64,000 bases of DNA from an uncultured bacterium. GTDB lineage: Bacteria > Chloroflexota > UBA5177 > JANWHV01. Below are positions 27,199 to 38,492 of the stretch, piece after piece. The DNA is taken from positions 1-64,000 of the forward strand of contig CAWHAE010000018.1 of assembly GCA_963827235.1 (NCBI GenBank), given 5' to 3'. The notes below the pieces were generated by a model. The model searched no databases and was not told the DNA's origin. It was given only the letters and a program-made list of their open reading frames with translations. The position numbers were made by a program, and so were the translations under genes. Positions within the stretch are counted from its first letter, which is position 1, and every line of letters starts with the position of its first letter.

Positions 27199-28700
27199 CT
27201 ATAGCTGCTCCCTGGTCATGGCGCGCACCTCGGCGAGCGCAGCGGCGAAGCGCGGCTCGCCCAGTGCCGTTCGAATCGAGGCCATTGCCAGGTTGAAGCT
27301 GGTTCGCTCGTACTCGGGCATGCGGAGGCCCACCGTCTCGCACCGTGCCGCCGCGGCTCCGGCCGCGTACGCCGCGCGCTCAAAGTGGCCACGGCCGGCG
27401 AGGGATTCCGCCATAATCGCAAGCATCGCAGTGCAGCACGACAGTTATCGTGCTCTGCGTCGAGGCGACCCAACCAAGCCTGCTGGCAGGGGCTTCCTCC
27501 CAGTTCCGGCTCCGCGCGCTCGGCGGGCTGCACGCACCACTGGAGATGCCGATCCTGTAAGCAGGCGAGCTCTCCAGCGTGTCCCAACGCGTGCCGCGCG
27601 TACTGGCGCACGGGCGCGAGAAAGGAGTAGCAGGCTTCGCCATCGCGTACCTCGAGGCGTGCCGGGGACCTGGCCACCAGGCCGCTCAAGAGATCGAGCT
27701 CGTCGCACCGTGCAAGCTGCGAGACGGCCAGAGTTGTGCATGGGCCGTCTGCACGAATGTCCAGTGCCTGCGCGCAGGTCAGCCCGTCGTCGGCGCCGAC
27801 GGATTCGGCGGCATCGAGGGACCAGCCACCGGCGAACACGGCCAGGCGTCGAAGCAGCATCCGTTCCGGGCCGGTTAGGAGTGCGTGGCTCCAATCAAGC
27901 GTGGCACGCAGCGTGCGCTTCCCGGGGCAGCGCCGTTCTCGGTCCGCCGGTGAGGAGCCGCAGGCAGTCGTGCAGCCGCTCGGCGAGCACCTCCACAGGG
28001 AGCGTAGCCACTCGCGCTGCCGCGAGCTCGAGTGCAAGCGGAATGCCGTCCAGTTGCCGGCAGACACGCGCAATGGCAGTTGAGTTGGCAGGCGTGGCGC
28101 TGAAGCCCGGGCGGCAGGTCCGGGCTCGCGCCAAGAACAGCCCTGCCGACTCGTAACGCTGCAGGTCTTCAACCGATGGGCGGGGCGGCCGCACGGAGAG
28201 GGGTGCGACCGGGTACAGGGTCTCACCCTGCACACCAAGAGGCTCGCAGCTTGTGGCCAGCACGTGCAGCCGTGGACAGGCGACGAGCAGACCGCAGACA
28301 AGGTCGGCGCACGGTGCGAGAATGTGCTCGCAGTTGTCCAGGATCAGAAGCATGTGGCGCCGAGCCACGAATCCTGCCAGCGTCGCCTCAAGCGATTCTC
28401 TTGGCTCCTCGCGCACACCCAACGCCGCCCTCTCCTGCGACACCGTGGCTGCCACGGCAGGAGCCGGTACAAGCAGGCGCGCGCAATTCGACCAGGTCAT
28501 CCGACGACGTGACGCCGAACTCGCGCTTCAGCGCCGTATGCAGGTGGTCGTAGACCGGCAGCGCCACGGCTCGACGTCCGCCGGACGCCAGCAAACTCAT
28601 CAGACGCACCGTGGCCTCCTCATGACAGGAATCGCCCGCCAGCAACGCACGCAAGCACGCCTCTGACTCCTGCGGCTCACCATCCGCGCCGCTCATGTCG
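27199..28700 (-). pseudogene. Decayed BTAD + NB-ARC-like ATPase + TPR transcriptional regulator (AfsR/SARP-like)
   Basis: Fragments in several frames: HEEATVRLMSLLA...ALPVYDHLHTALKREFGV (BTAD), LLILDNCEH (Walker B), LDGIPLALELAAARV, TLRATLDWSH..LLRRLAVFAGG; Walker A and most TPRs are missing. Confidence 0.8.
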
Positions 28701-28756
28701 GTCAAGCGCAGGAGCAGTGCGTCGAATAGTTGCAGGAGAGGATGGGAGAAACGGTC

Positions 28757-28951
28757 GTGAGCCGGCACCGCTCGTACCTGGTGCGCGTGTGGACCAGCAC
28801 CGGGCCCAAAGGTCCGCAGTGGGCCGGCCGCGTCGAGTGTGTGGAGAAGGATGGTAAGCAGCGGCGCTTCAGCGAGCGGCAGGAGATGCTCGAGTACCTA
28901 CGCCACAAGCTGTTCGAGGCGGTGGCCGAGCCGGAGACGCATCCCGGCTAA
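28757..28951 (+). CDS. Small hypothetical protein (SYLVRVW type)
   Basis: SYLVRVW...WAGRVE...RRF...EMLEYL pattern recalled from small Chloroflexota proteins (not verified); GGGAGA RBS. Confidence 0.6.
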   Translation: MSRHRSYLVRVWTSTGPKGPQWAGRVECVEKDGKQRRFSERQEMLEYLRHKLFEAVAEPETHPG

Positions 28952-29331
28952 CCGCGCGCACGCGGCACAAGATGCGTCTGAGTGCTGCGCAGCCCACTTG
29001 GTCCGCGCTGCCTCCATCCGGGCTGGAGCTGAGAAGGAGAGCGGGTTATGACTCGACGATGATACGCGATCCGTGCGCAGTCCATGAGCGCGAGGTGCGA
29101 CCCGGTAGCTGGAGCCGGCACGGGAGGAGTCAATGCGGCCACCAAGGCGGCGCCGCGGTCGGGGCGGCACAGCTTTTCGCTCGCTCGGGATCTGGTGCCT
29201 GCGCGTGCGGCTACGACGGCGCATCGGACCTGGTGAGCGCCGCCCGCCTGGCCGCTGCCACGCCTCTGCATTACGCGGTGCGTTCTGGTCCTCCCCCGGC
29301 AAGCGCCCAGACTCGTCGAGCGTGCGTTTGC

Positions 29332-29937
29332 TCAGCCCGGCGTGTGGCCGCCGTCAACAGCATGCACTCTAGCCTGCTGCGCAGGTCCGAGAGGTGCGGG
29401 ACCGATAGGCAGAAGATGGGCGGCCGCGGCCTGCAAGCCGTCGAGGAGAAACGCCAAGTTCCGTCGCCACGCGTCGGGGCTCGCCGGGACAGCCACGCGG
29501 ATGATGGCGGCGTTGCTCAAGAGTATGACAAGCAGGTCATCGGGCGTGAAGTCGGCCCGCAACGCACCGTCGCGTTGGGCATCGGCGATGAAGGCACCGG
29601 CGATGAAGGCACCGGCGTGCGCCACGGTTGCGTCGCAGACTGCGGCGAGCCGATGTGCTGCAGGATACCCGCGGGAGAAAGTGTCATTGAGCGCGGGGTC
29701 GCCGGCCTGCAGCGCGCAGAGCTGCTCGACGTAGCACGCGAAGCGTTCCCATGCGGTGGCGCCGCCCTGCGCGCGGGCAACCACGGCGGCGAGCCTGGCA
29801 GCGGCTACATCCGCGAGCACGACGTCCAGCAATGCCTCACGGGTGCCGAACCGATTATAGAGCGTGCCGGCGCTGACGCCCGCGCGTCGGGCGATCTCCT
29901 CCGGTGGTGCGGCGAGCCCGAGCTCGTGAAACACTGG
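29332..29937 (-). pseudogene. TetR-family regulator, N-terminally truncated
   Basis: VFHELG..EEIARRAGVSAGTLYNRFGTREAL HTH and C-terminal DGALRADF...WRR..LLDGL; first helix and start are missing. Confidence 0.75.
29583..29617. repeat. 15-bp tandem duplication inside the TetR remnant
   Basis: CGGCGATGAAGGCAC twice, encoding AGAFI-AGAFI. Confidence 0.85.
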
Positions 29938-29938
29938 C

Positions 29939-30472
29939 CTCATCGCGCGGATCACCGCGCGCTTTGGCCCTCTCGACGTCATCGAGTACTCGCCGGGCGC
30001 TACCTCGACATTTACCCCAGCAGCAGAACTGGATGCCAGTAGCCTGCAAGCGTTGCTAGACCTGTACCTGCTGACACCGGTCGAATTGGTCCGAGCGGTC
30101 CTGCCGGACATGATTGCGCGTGGCGACGGAGCTATCCTCGTTGCGCACGGATTCACTGCCGTCCAGCCGATGCCCTACATGAGCGGGTTCGGTCCTGCTA
30201 TGGCCGCCACGCGCAACTACCTCGACTCGCTGCACGGCGAGGTGGCGGGGCAGGGTGTCTACGTAGGCAGCCTGGCGGTGACTGCAATGATCGCGCGAAG
30301 TGCGGACCACCGCGCTTTCACGGCCGGTGAGCGGAGTTTCAATCTGCCGGAGGGGGCGGAGCCGCCTATAGTAGACCCGGATGAGCTCGCCGCAGAGTAC
30401 TGGGACCTGGTAACCACGCGCGATCGCGTCGAGGTGGTCTATCCACCAGCAGACGCGAGCATCTTCTCCTGA
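29939..30472 (+). pseudogene. Short-chain dehydrogenase, N-terminally truncated
   Basis: IARITARFGPLDVIEYSPG, LVRAVLPDMIARGDGAIL, DPDELAAEYW; no TGxxxGxG motif or start, in-frame TGA at 29927. Confidence 0.75.
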
Positions 30473-30933
30473 TTACCTGGTGGCAGCGAATACAAGCGCA
30501 AGTCGCTTGCCGCAGACGGGACATATCGGGCGTCTGAGCGCAGCCAGGCATGTGCGTGCACTCCCTGACCGGTACGGCGACAAGCTGACCGCGCTGGCGT
30601 GCGCGTGGCCGCACCCGGACGACGTCTCTGCTATTCCCAGCGAGCTGCCTCGCTTCTCACTGCGCCAGGCGAAGGAAGCGCGGACGCGGTTGCTGGAACT
30701 ATGGTGCGACAAGCCGCCGGATGGCATGTGCAGCAGGACGTTCAGAGCAGACCGCGTTGACGGCGCCTCGCAGGGATGTTGGCGCCGCGTCGCCGCTATA
30801 CTTGCGCCCCGGTCACTCGTGGGCGTGATCGGCCGTCGTCACGGCAGTCCAGTACAGTTCGAAACGCCGCCGCGCTCGTGGAACCCGCTGGCAAGGCAGT
30901 CCTCACCGTCCCGTTCTTCCGGCATCTGCACCT

Positions 30934-32568
30934 CTATGGATTGTGCGCGGCCATACCGGGCGGCGGCTGCTTCTGGCCTGGTGGCGCCGGCGGACGGTCG
31001 GTGATCTCCACCGCCGTGGCCAGCCACGATCCGTCGGTTTGCGGCTGCCCCGTCACCTGGATCGACTTCCCCGGTGCCACCTGTGCCAGATTGCTTGCCC
31101 GACCATTCGCGGTGAAGTCCGTGCTACTTGACGTCACCACCGTCGTCGTCTTGCCTTGCGGGTTCGCAATCACGATCGTCATGCCGCTGACCGCGGTGAC
31201 CTTGCCGCCAATACCGCCCCGCTGAGGACCGGCTGGTTGCGGCGTCGCCGGGATGGTCCAGGGCTGCGGCGCGGGCCACGCAGTTTCCGTGCCGACACCA
31301 AACAGGAAATCGGTACTGGGAACGGTGGGCATGCTGATGGGCGTCGAATAGAGAAACGCGCCGCTGGGTGTGAAGTTGCCAACCGTCTGTTTGCGCAGCG
31401 CCATCAATGTCGTGTGCTGGGCGCTGGTCAGCGTCTGGCCTACCTGCGCGAAGTGGGTCGCCAGGTCGTAGACGATCTGTCCGTCCAGCCGGCCATAGAG
31501 GTCCGACAGGCTGAGCACGGAGGCACTGTCCGGCGTCCGGCCGGCAAGGAACTGCCGCAACTGCGTCGCGATGGCGCGGCGGGTGTCCACAATCTTGAGC
31601 AGGTCGCCATGCTCAAGACTGACCAAGCTCGTCACCAGCTGGGCCTGGGTCGGCGTCAGGGCTGCGACCAAGGCTTTCCCCATGTTGTTGGTGATATTCG
31701 TCCCGATCGAGTAGTTCGGGTTGCCGACTGCCGGTGCGTCCTTCAGATAGAAGGATCCGAAATACGTCCCCTGCCGCTCCGGGCAGAAGTAGACGTCCGC
31801 GTCAATCGAGCCGGCATACCAGCTGAACATGTCGCCCGCGTACGACATCACCGCCACTTTCGCGTCTCCACGCAGCGGGCGCAATTCGGGGGGCTCGCTC
31901 GCGGTGGGCCACGAGGTCATGCCTTTGCCGACCATGGCATCCAGTGAGGCGCGCTGTGCCGACGAGAGCGACCGCAGCAGACTGGCATAGACCTTGGCGC
32001 GACCGTAACTCATCTGACCGTCTATGCGGTAGAGTTCAGCAGAGTAGCCCTGCACGGCCGCTTCGTCCAAGCCCGTGGATCCAGTGGGCAACCCCCCTGC
32101 CAGCAGCCGTCGGAAAGCCGTCATCAGGACGAACCGTTTGTAGCCATACTCGTTGATCGTGCGCACCTCGTCGTTGGCCAGGGCCACCAGCCGCATGCGC
32201 TGGCTCGGCGTCAGGAGAGTGAGCATATTGAGCGAGGCCTTGGTCAGGAAGTCGGTGTTGTGACCCATGGCACTGGGGTCATTGTCGCGCAGGTACTGAA
32301 AGCCGAAGTAGTCCGAGACCTTCCCGGGCGGTATGAAGGAATCCGACCCCAGCGAACCCGTCAGGAAACCGAGCCCGTCGAACGCAATGGTGGTCTGCTG
32401 CGCGAGATCCGACAGTGTCAGCGCCATGGTGTACTGCGGCCCGGCTGTGGTCGACGCCGCCACGGCGGTCGACGACTCGTGCGTGCCGGATACGCTCGGA
32501 GCAAGGACGAGTACCATGGACAGCAGACCAGCCCTGACAGTACGCGTCACCAGATTGTTGTGCTTCAT
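30934..32568 (-). CDS. Secreted helical protein with duplicated LTxxQ modules and a C-terminal DUF5666-like domain
   Basis: ATG 32568 with AGGAG RBS, signal peptide, LTPSQ/LSSAQ/LTPTQ/LTSAQ, GKVTAVSG...VTG...DGSWLATAVEI. Confidence 0.7.
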   Translation of the reverse strand: MKHNNLVTRTVRAGLLSMVLVLAPSVSGTHESSTAVAASTTAGPQYTMALTLSDLAQQTTIAFDGLGFLTGSLGSDSFIPPGKVSDYFGFQYLRDNDPSAMGHNTDFLTKASLNMLTLLTPSQRMRLVALANDEVRTINEYGYKRFVLMTAFRRLLAGGLPTGSTGLDEAAVQGYSAELYRIDGQMSYGRAKVYASLLRSLSSAQRASLDAMVGKGMTSWPTASEPPELRPLRGDAKVAVMSYAGDMFSWYAGSIDADVYFCPERQGTYFGSFYLKDAPAVGNPNYSIGTNITNNMGKALVAALTPTQAQLVTSLVSLEHGDLLKIVDTRRAIATQLRQFLAGRTPDSASVLSLSDLYGRLDGQIVYDLATHFAQVGQTLTSAQHTTLMALRKQTVGNFTPSGAFLYSTPISMPTVPSTDFLFGVGTETAWPAPQPWTIPATPQPAGPQRGGIGGKVTAVSGMTIVIANPQGKTTTVVTSSSTDFTANGRASNLAQVAPGKSIQVTGQPQTDGSWLATAVEITDRPPAPPGQKQPPPGMAAHNP

Positions 32569-33415
32569 CGGAGAACTCCTCGACCGTTGGGTGCCGTTGG
32601 GGAGCTGAACACCCCACCGGATGCTCCGCCACCGGGTCAGTGGCAGAATCAAGGCTGCACTCCAGCATCCGGATCGTGCATTTCGATGAGTCCCGCGGCC
32701 GAAACGGGCCCAAAAGCTACTATAATCCAACAATTTCCTAAAGGCTATAGCCAGAGCTGGGGAGCCCACTACGCGGAAGCAATACTTGCACTGCGTTCAC
32801 GCAGAACTGGCGAGCGGACAGGTGCCGCGCCAGTTGGAGGCCCTGTGATGGCCTTCGCGCCGCGCGCTGGCCCCAGTCTGCGTGCCGTGCTGGCTTCGGG
32901 TGGTTGCCAACGAGCTGGAGCACAATACATTCGCCCAGGCGTGACTAGCCTTGCGGGCTCGAGTGCCTGTCCCACTGCCCGCAGTCCGCCTCGGCGCGGC
33001 GAGTGCGAACGTGTATGTTCATGCATGAGCCTGTTCGACGGCCGACGAGTTCAGCGTGAACCCTAGCATCCGATCCACACGATCACGGGGCCGTTATCAC
33101 GCGTTGCACAGCTCAGCCCGAGCTGCTTGTAACGGGCGTCGGTGACGGCTTCGCAGCGCCCACCTTGCACGGCTGAGCCCGCAGCAGTATGATTGGCCCG
33201 CCGGGCGGCCGGCAGAGTTCTGGTGCAGTCGGGCGGGTCGCACGAGCAACTGCTCTCCGCCAGCGGGGCGCGCCACGGATGTAGGGCTACACGTGACCTT
33301 CCCAGAGGGAGGCCATGATATGTGGCAAGGATAGCATCTGCAGCGCGAGCGCCAGGTCCTGCGGGCTGTCTCCAAAGGCCCTGAGCGGTCGGCCGATCCA
33401 GCGATCGTCCGGCGC

Positions 33416-36028
33416 TTGCGCGCCGGGCGCAGCATGGTAGTCGCGTCTCTGTTGGCGGGCTCCACCCTGACCGGCCAACTCAGCTGGCAGGGCGCCCTGG
33501 CCGGCCCGGCCGCCACGAGCGCGCTGACGCAAGCCTTGCCGACACCCGGCGTCCGCTGCATGGGAGTGCCGCTGCGCCCAGGCTGTATCGAGACGCTCGC
33601 CGGCAATCTGCATGAGCCTGCGTGCCTGGCCGTGGACGCGTCCGGCAACGTGTTCATCGCCGATACCGGCGACACTGTGGTCAAGGAGACCCCGGTCGGC
33701 ACCCATACCCTCGTCACCGTGGCAGGGGGTGGCAGCGACGACGTGGCGCAGGGTTCGCCCACCGACATCGCCCTGAACAGCCCGGCCGGCGTGGCCGTGG
33801 GCGAGCAGGGCGATCTCTTCGTTGCCGACACCAATGGCCAGCGCGTGCTGGAAGTCACCCCCGACTTGCACAGCTTCACCACGGTGGCCGGCGATGACGC
33901 CAGCGACCTGGTGGACGACGTCAACTACGCCATCGGCGGCGATAGCGGCCCCAATAAGGGCCAGGCGCTGCACGCCAGGATGGGTCCCAGTGCCATCCCC
34001 TGGACAGCGCCGGCAACACCTGCATCGCCGATGGCAATGAGTTGCGCAAGATCGACACGGGCAACCCACGGCACATCAACACGGTCGCCGGCAACCCCAG
34101 TCAGACGGGGGTTCGGGCGGCGATGGTGGACCCGCCATCCAGGCCCAACTCGACGACCCCGCCAGTCTGGCCTTCGACGCCGGTGGCAACCTTTACATCG
34201 CAGATAAGTCCAACGGGTGCGTACGTAAGGTCGATCGCAACGGGATCATCACCTCGGTCGCCGGCTCGGCCAGCAACGACTACGGCGATTGCGGTCCGGC
34301 CACCGCGGCCTGGTTCTGGAAGGTCTACTCGGTTGCCGTGGACAAGCAGGACAACCTCTACATCGCCGATGGCAACGATGTCGTGCGCATGGTCAGTCCC
34401 GACGGCACGGTCTACACCGTGGCGGGCCACGTGGCGGACCAGCCGCACGACCGCTGCGATCCGAGTGACAGCGCTACCACTGCCACCTTTGGCAGCCTCG
34501 GCGGAATTGCCTTGAACGGCGGCGGCAACCACTACCTCACCGACGCCGATGACAATGTGGTACGTGAGGTGCTCCATCCGGCCGCCCTCCTCGCCACTGC
34601 ACCCAGCGCCACGAGTACGCCTTTGCCGTCGCCGACCTCGACACCCGCCTTTGTCGCGCGGACCCCCAAAGTTCAAGGGCGTGAACGACGTGGGTGCGGC
34701 CAAACAAGGCTACAGTGTAGCGCTCTCGGCGAGCGGGAACACGGCGCTCGTCGGAGGCCCCGGCGACAATGGAGGCGCGGGGGCGGCATGGGCGTTCATG
34801 GAGCCAGGCCCGAGCGGGTACGATTTTGGGCCCAAGCTCGTGGGCACAGGCGCGGTGGGTTTGGCCGGGCAGGGCTCCAGTGTGGTCCTCTCTGCCGACG
34901 GCTACACGGAGCTGGTCGGTGGCAACATGGACGGCGACGGCACCGGGGCTTCCTGGGTGTTTAGGCGCTCGGGCACGACCTGGCGCCTCCAGGGGACCAA
35001 GCTGGTGGGCACGGGCTTCATCCACCGCCCGTCCTGGCGCTCCAGCGTCGCGCTCTCAGCGGATGGGAACACGGCACTGGTCGGCGGCCCGGTGGACTCG
35101 GCGACCTGGAGGCAGCAGGAAAGGAAGCTCATAAGGAGCCCGACCTGGAAGCAGCCGGGGCCCAAGCTCATAGGCGCCGGGGAGGACGGGGCCAAACAGG
35201 GCTGGAGCGTCGCGCTGTCGGCGGACGCGAGCACCGCGCTCGCCGGAGGCTACGACGACGACGACAGTGGAGCGGTGTGGGTCTTTGTGAACCCGGCCGT
35301 GCGGGCAACGAGCACCTCCACCGCTATGACCCTCAACGGAGCCGACTGGCAGGCTACGGCGCAGCACCTGAGCGGCGGGATCGGCGACCATTTCACCTTC
35401 GCCTATCCTGCTGCCGGCTCTCGCAGTCTCGACCGGAGCCTCCTCAGCGGTTCCATCTGGGGAAGTGGCACCTGCACCAATGAGTCCGCGGTCTGCGTCG
35501 CCGCCGTGCACGCCGGCAAGTTGCTCAGTGTGGACCGGGGTGGCATCGTGACCATCGCACTCGCCGCCGGACTGAGCGCATATCCGGCCTCCACGCAGCA
35601 CGGCGTCACCAACGACTCCTACGGCCAGCTTGACAGCAGCTTCGTGATCCCCGACGTCGTGCAGGGCGGCGGCATCAGTGGCGTGGCGCTGGCCGGCGGC
35701 CGACTACGGGAGCCACCCTGGAGCCTACTACGTCTATCTCTGTCCGACGCTCGGTGAAGAGCAGTCCGTCTGGGGCACGGATACATGCACGTCCGACTCG
35801 TCGGTATGCACCGCCGCTGTGCACGCGGGGCTGCTCACCACTAGGTTAGGCGGCACCGTCATCATCCAGATGGAGCCGGGGCTCTCATCCTACCGCGGTA
35901 CTGCCCGGCGCGGCGTGGCAACGTCAGACCACGGCGCGTGGAACGCAAGCTTTGCGTTTCGCACCCGAGCCGCAGTCCTCATCAAGGTGCTTCCGACATC
36001 GACGCCAACTGCTCAGGCACTCGAATAG
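33416..36028 (+). pseudogene. Frameshifted secreted protein: NHL-repeat propeller + FG-GAP-like repeats + two LCCL domains
   Basis: LAVDASGNVFIAD, GDGGPAIQAQLDDPASLAFDAGGNLYIAD, SVALSADGNTALVGG repeats, two WGxxxCTxxSxVCxAAVHAG motifs; frame changes at about 34000, 34115, 34670 and 35710. Confidence 0.75.
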
Positions 36029-36563
36029 GCTGCTGTGTCCGCGACGAGACGCTTGCGCCGGCAATGATCGCGGTTATTGCCGCTCTCGCTGCTCCAGGTG
36101 GTGGCGCCGACGGTCGGACGTGCCATGGCCAAGGGGTAGCCTGCGGCCGACGACAGGCCGGCCTACATCCTGTGCGCCCGGCGCGTACATCTGGACCTGG
36201 TCTCGGGTGGAGGTGCTCTGGGCCTGAATGCCTGTCGGTGAGGCCGCGCTCTTGTCGCCGCAGCACCCAGTGGTGCTGGCTACGGGCGCGCGGACAGAAA
36301 GCGATCTCCGCGGTCCGGGCGGCCGAATCCACCGGTACCGGGCCGGCACCTACTCTGGCGGCGAGCGGGTGATGTTGACCGCACGACTCGGCCAGTCCTG
36401 CGCGCTGGCAGGTTGTTGGGTGGAGGACTAGCGCTGTCCCAAACCAACCAGCGACCAGGCAGCCAGCCACCTATCGCGCCGGCCCGAGCAACGCCGACGA
36501 TAGAGACAAGCGCCAGCATCACGCGGCCAGGCCAGAGCGGCTGACACATGCCGCCGGCAATGG

Positions 36564-38492
36564 TCAGGACGCGGTCAGCGCAAAGACAACTAACTTCTGG
36601 CTGTCTGGACTGGTAATCTGCAGCTTCGACCCGCCGGTCAGGCTGATCGCCGCGCGGCGGGGACCATAGCCCGCGCGCGTCACGAACGTCGCCTGGCGCA
36701 GCGTCTTCCCCTTCGCGTCCAGCACTGTGAGCTGCAGGTGCGCGACCAGGGTGCTGAAGTCTTGCAGGGCGATGCCGTACTGCGCGCTGAACGTGCCGTG
36801 CGGGCCGCGCAGGGTGGCGAGGTTCAGTGTCGCGGCGCCGCACCCTTCGACGTACAGCGACCACTGCTCGAGAGCAACCTGATGGACCAGCTCTATATCC
36901 TGCGTGGTGACGACGACGCTGCAGGTCACCATGAAGCTGCGCGGATCGAGGGCGGTGCCGCCCGTCGTGCTGACCGGCGGCTCGCTGGGCGGGTACACCC
37001 GAGCGTAGAGCGTAGCACGGCCGGCGAGCCGCAGATCGTAGAGGACGCCATTCGCGCTCCCAGTGAAGCTGATCTCGACGATGCTGGCGCCGGTGATGCC
37101 GGCACCTATGCTCACGCCCGGCCGGCCGAGGCCGGCGGTCACGTCCTTGGTGGTGAGGGGCTTGCTGTTCTGGTCCAGCACCACCAGATGCGCGGATATG
37201 GTCTTGTTGGCGCTGCCGTCCGCCACGCCGATTTTCGCCGAGAAGGAGCCGCGTGCATCGGTCATGATCAGCTCGGCCACGCCGCAACCCGTTACGGAAA
37301 CATAGGAGTCTCGCAGTACCGGCTGGTGATCCACCGACGTGTCCGAGGTGCCCAGGGTTGCATTGCAGAGTGCGGCCACGGAGTCGGGCGCAATAGGAAT
37401 CGACCCGCCGGTGGGGCTGCCGAACTCCTGGTGGTCCGGATTGTGGTGCGGGGTCACGGCGTTGGGCAAGAAGCTGAGTCCCGCCACGACGAGATACGCC
37501 CCGCCCAGATTCCCGCCCTCCATGGTGAACGTCGCCGTGCTGCCTCCCTGGAGGTTGACCCACATCGGTTGAAACCCGCTACCCAGATAGGAGAGGCCGA
37601 TGGATTTGCGTAGCAGATGGCCGGAAGCGTCCAGCACGCGGAGCCCAGCCTCGGTGGGCAGGCTGCTGTAGGCCGAAATGTCGCTCAGACCATAGCGCAA
37701 GGCCAGGGCCCCTGTTGCCGCCGGGGGAAGCTGCACCGTCACCTTGCCGCAGCCTGCCAACCAGAGCAATCGCGTCGACTTGATGTCAAGCGCGCTGACC
37801 GCGGTCTGCGGGGGCACAGCCGAGGCAGACAGCGTCGTGGCGTTGCAGGCCAGCTGCACGTCGCTGCTGGGCACCGGCGTACCGCCGGTCGGCAGGACCC
37901 CGCCCGCCAATGGCGTGGCCGCGAGGGCGCGCGCCAGCCCAGTGAGCCTGAATCCATAGACGAAGCTGTCGGTCGTGGTGGGAAAGGTGAGGGCGAGCGT
38001 CACGCCGCCGGATACATCGAAGTCGACGTGCGATGCAGTGCCTTTCGTCGCCTTCACGTCCATGGTGCGCAGAAGAAAGCCGCCCGAAGCGAGCAGGAAG
38101 AGCCGGAGCACTGAGGATGTGCCTGCCGCCGCGTCGGATACGGCGAACGTCGCCTGGAAATGGCCACTCGCCGAATCATTCAGGTAGAGCACTGCCTGTC
38201 CGCAGCCGCCGACGTCCCGGATCGCCGTGCCGGTTGCCAACGTCGTGCCGGCAGCTTTGCCGGGTTCGCCGTTTGGCACCACGTTGCAGTTGTAGGCGAA
38301 GCTCGCGGCCGTGGGCGCGGCCGGGGTCGGCGCGCCCGTGCGCGGACCGGGAAAGACGGGCGTGGCGAGCGCGGCTCTTGCACTCGAATGCGCCGCTTGC
38401 ACACTGGCCGCAGATAGACTCGAGAAGGCGACAAGTGCGAGCGCGGCCAAGCCTCTCACGGGGAGAGATCGATCGAACGGCGTCCCTGCCAT
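36564..38492 (-). CDS. Secreted protein with four tandem Cys-paired beta-sandwich repeats (NPCBM/NEW2-like by inference)
   Basis: Signal peptide (SVQA-A); four repeats with C-x-GCG followed by F-x-A-x-(F/I/Y)-G/A-x-x-D...(V)LD. Confidence 0.7.
   Translation of the reverse strand: MAGTPFDRSLPVRGLAALALVAFSSLSAASVQAAHSSARAALATPVFPGPRTGAPTPAAPTAASFAYNCNVVPNGEPGKAAGTTLATGTAIRDVGGCGQAVLYLNDSASGHFQATFAVSDAAAGTSSVLRLFLLASGGFLLRTMDVKATKGTASHVDFDVSGGVTLALTFPTTTDSFVYGFRLTGLARALAATPLAGGVLPTGGTPVPSSDVQLACNATTLSASAVPPQTAVSALDIKSTRLLWLAGCGKVTVQLPPAATGALALRYGLSDISAYSSLPTEAGLRVLDASGHLLRKSIGLSYLGSGFQPMWVNLQGGSTATFTMEGGNLGGAYLVVAGLSFLPNAVTPHHNPDHQEFGSPTGGSIPIAPDSVAALCNATLGTSDTSVDHQPVLRDSYVSVTGCGVAELIMTDARGSFSAKIGVADGSANKTISAHLVVLDQNSKPLTTKDVTAGLGRPGVSIGAGITGASIVEISFTGSANGVLYDLRLAGRATLYARVYPPSEPPVSTTGGTALDPRSFMVTCSVVVTTQDIELVHQVALEQWSLYVEGCGAATLNLATLRGPHGTFSAQYGIALQDFSTLVAHLQLTVLDAKGKTLRQATFVTRAGYGPRRAAISLTGGSKLQITSPDSQKLVVFALTAS

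Noticed and set aside
30480-30930. Possible ORF between the SDR remnant and the LTxxQ gene
   Set aside because: No recognisable motif, RBS or coding bias
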